From assembly GCF_003704095.1 (NCBI RefSeq), contig NW_020846941.1:1-64000 (forward strand): a stretch of 64,000 nt of DNA, written 5' to 3'. How positions within the stretch are numbered: position 1 is the stretch's first letter; the number at the start of each line of letters is the position of its first letter. A program made the translations under genes and the position numbers. Below the pieces are notes generated by a model. The model searched no databases, was not told the origin of the DNA, and saw only the letters and a program-made list of their open reading frames with translations. Positions 63,701-64,000 of this stretch are shown one piece after another. Source of the DNA: Pocillopora damicornis. Taxonomy: Eukaryota.

Positions 63701-64000
63701 TCTTTGTTATTATGATAATACATTTTACATTCATTTAGGAGAAATCCAAACCAGAAAGGGCCTCCACTGCTACTACATCCTCATTACAAAAGGTGGTTAC
63801 CACACCTTCACACTACAAGGTACAGTATTAAATTACTATTTGTTCCAGAGGATATAATGTACCAAGCTGCATAGAACTTTCAGATATAGTAAAATGTCGG
63901 ACTTAAAGTGGCAGTTACAATTACATGTTATCTGCAGTTGGACTGTGTTCCTGAGCAACTATTTCAATGATGTCTCACGACTTAAAAAAAAATTAAGAAA
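54741..64000 (+). CDS. NUP98: Nucleoporin NUP98-96, 5' portion (FG/GLFG exons, GLEBS motif); continues beyond the window
   Basis: MFGSTSSTPFG start; many GLFG/FG exons; GLEBS GTPVKFN/VVPGTDSMVKNG...HQCITVM..Y.KKSLE/ELRIEDY..GRK (58070-59135); SPFGDSPLFRN (~63240); TTPSHYK (63800). Confidence 0.93.
56626..56825. mobile_element. TTAA-type MITE, subfamily A, right end eroded
   Basis: TTAACACTTTAACTCCCA...GATCTGGGAGTT; internal match to the 59847 copy. Confidence 0.7.
59847..60060. mobile_element. TTAA-flanked MITE, subfamily A
   Basis: TTAACCCTTTAAGCCCCA ... TGGGAGTTAAAGGGTTAA. Confidence 0.82.
61998..62292 (+). repeat. Intronic minisatellite, 93 bp x ~3.2
   Basis: TTTATG(A/T)AA anchor at ~61999, 62091, 62184 and 62277. 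Confidence 0.9.

Overview
Eukaryotic (animal) genomic DNA with spliceosomal introns and five 100-N scaffold gaps. Gene and repeat content suggest a cnidarian, probably a stony coral (inference). Zone 1 (1-13.6 kb) is a compact, nearly intronless cluster. It holds a 74-aa ORF with a GGFF motif and, divergent from it, a Ser/Thr kinase spliced in frame to four tandem UBC/RWD-like (FPxNFP) domains ending in a CaaX box. Two paralogous JAB/MPN+ metalloproteases of prokaryote-like type follow, one with about 15 x 33-aa repeats. STAT (GAS) and IRF-like motifs cluster upstream of these genes. This is the best candidate for an undescribed system: an inducible, probably immune, protein modification/deconjugation module reminiscent of bacterial E2/JAB defence loci. 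Zone 2 (14.7-26.8 kb) holds four intronless melatonin-receptor-like (NRY) GPCRs, two broken by gaps around a probably mis-oriented contig. Zone 3 (28-64 kb) holds conserved multi-exon genes (EOGT, a TR2/TR4-type nuclear receptor, CWH43/PGAP2IP, the 5' part of NUP98), an intronless DUF4476 gene and many TTAA-flanked MITEs. Family assignments come from motif recognition by eye; no database was searched.
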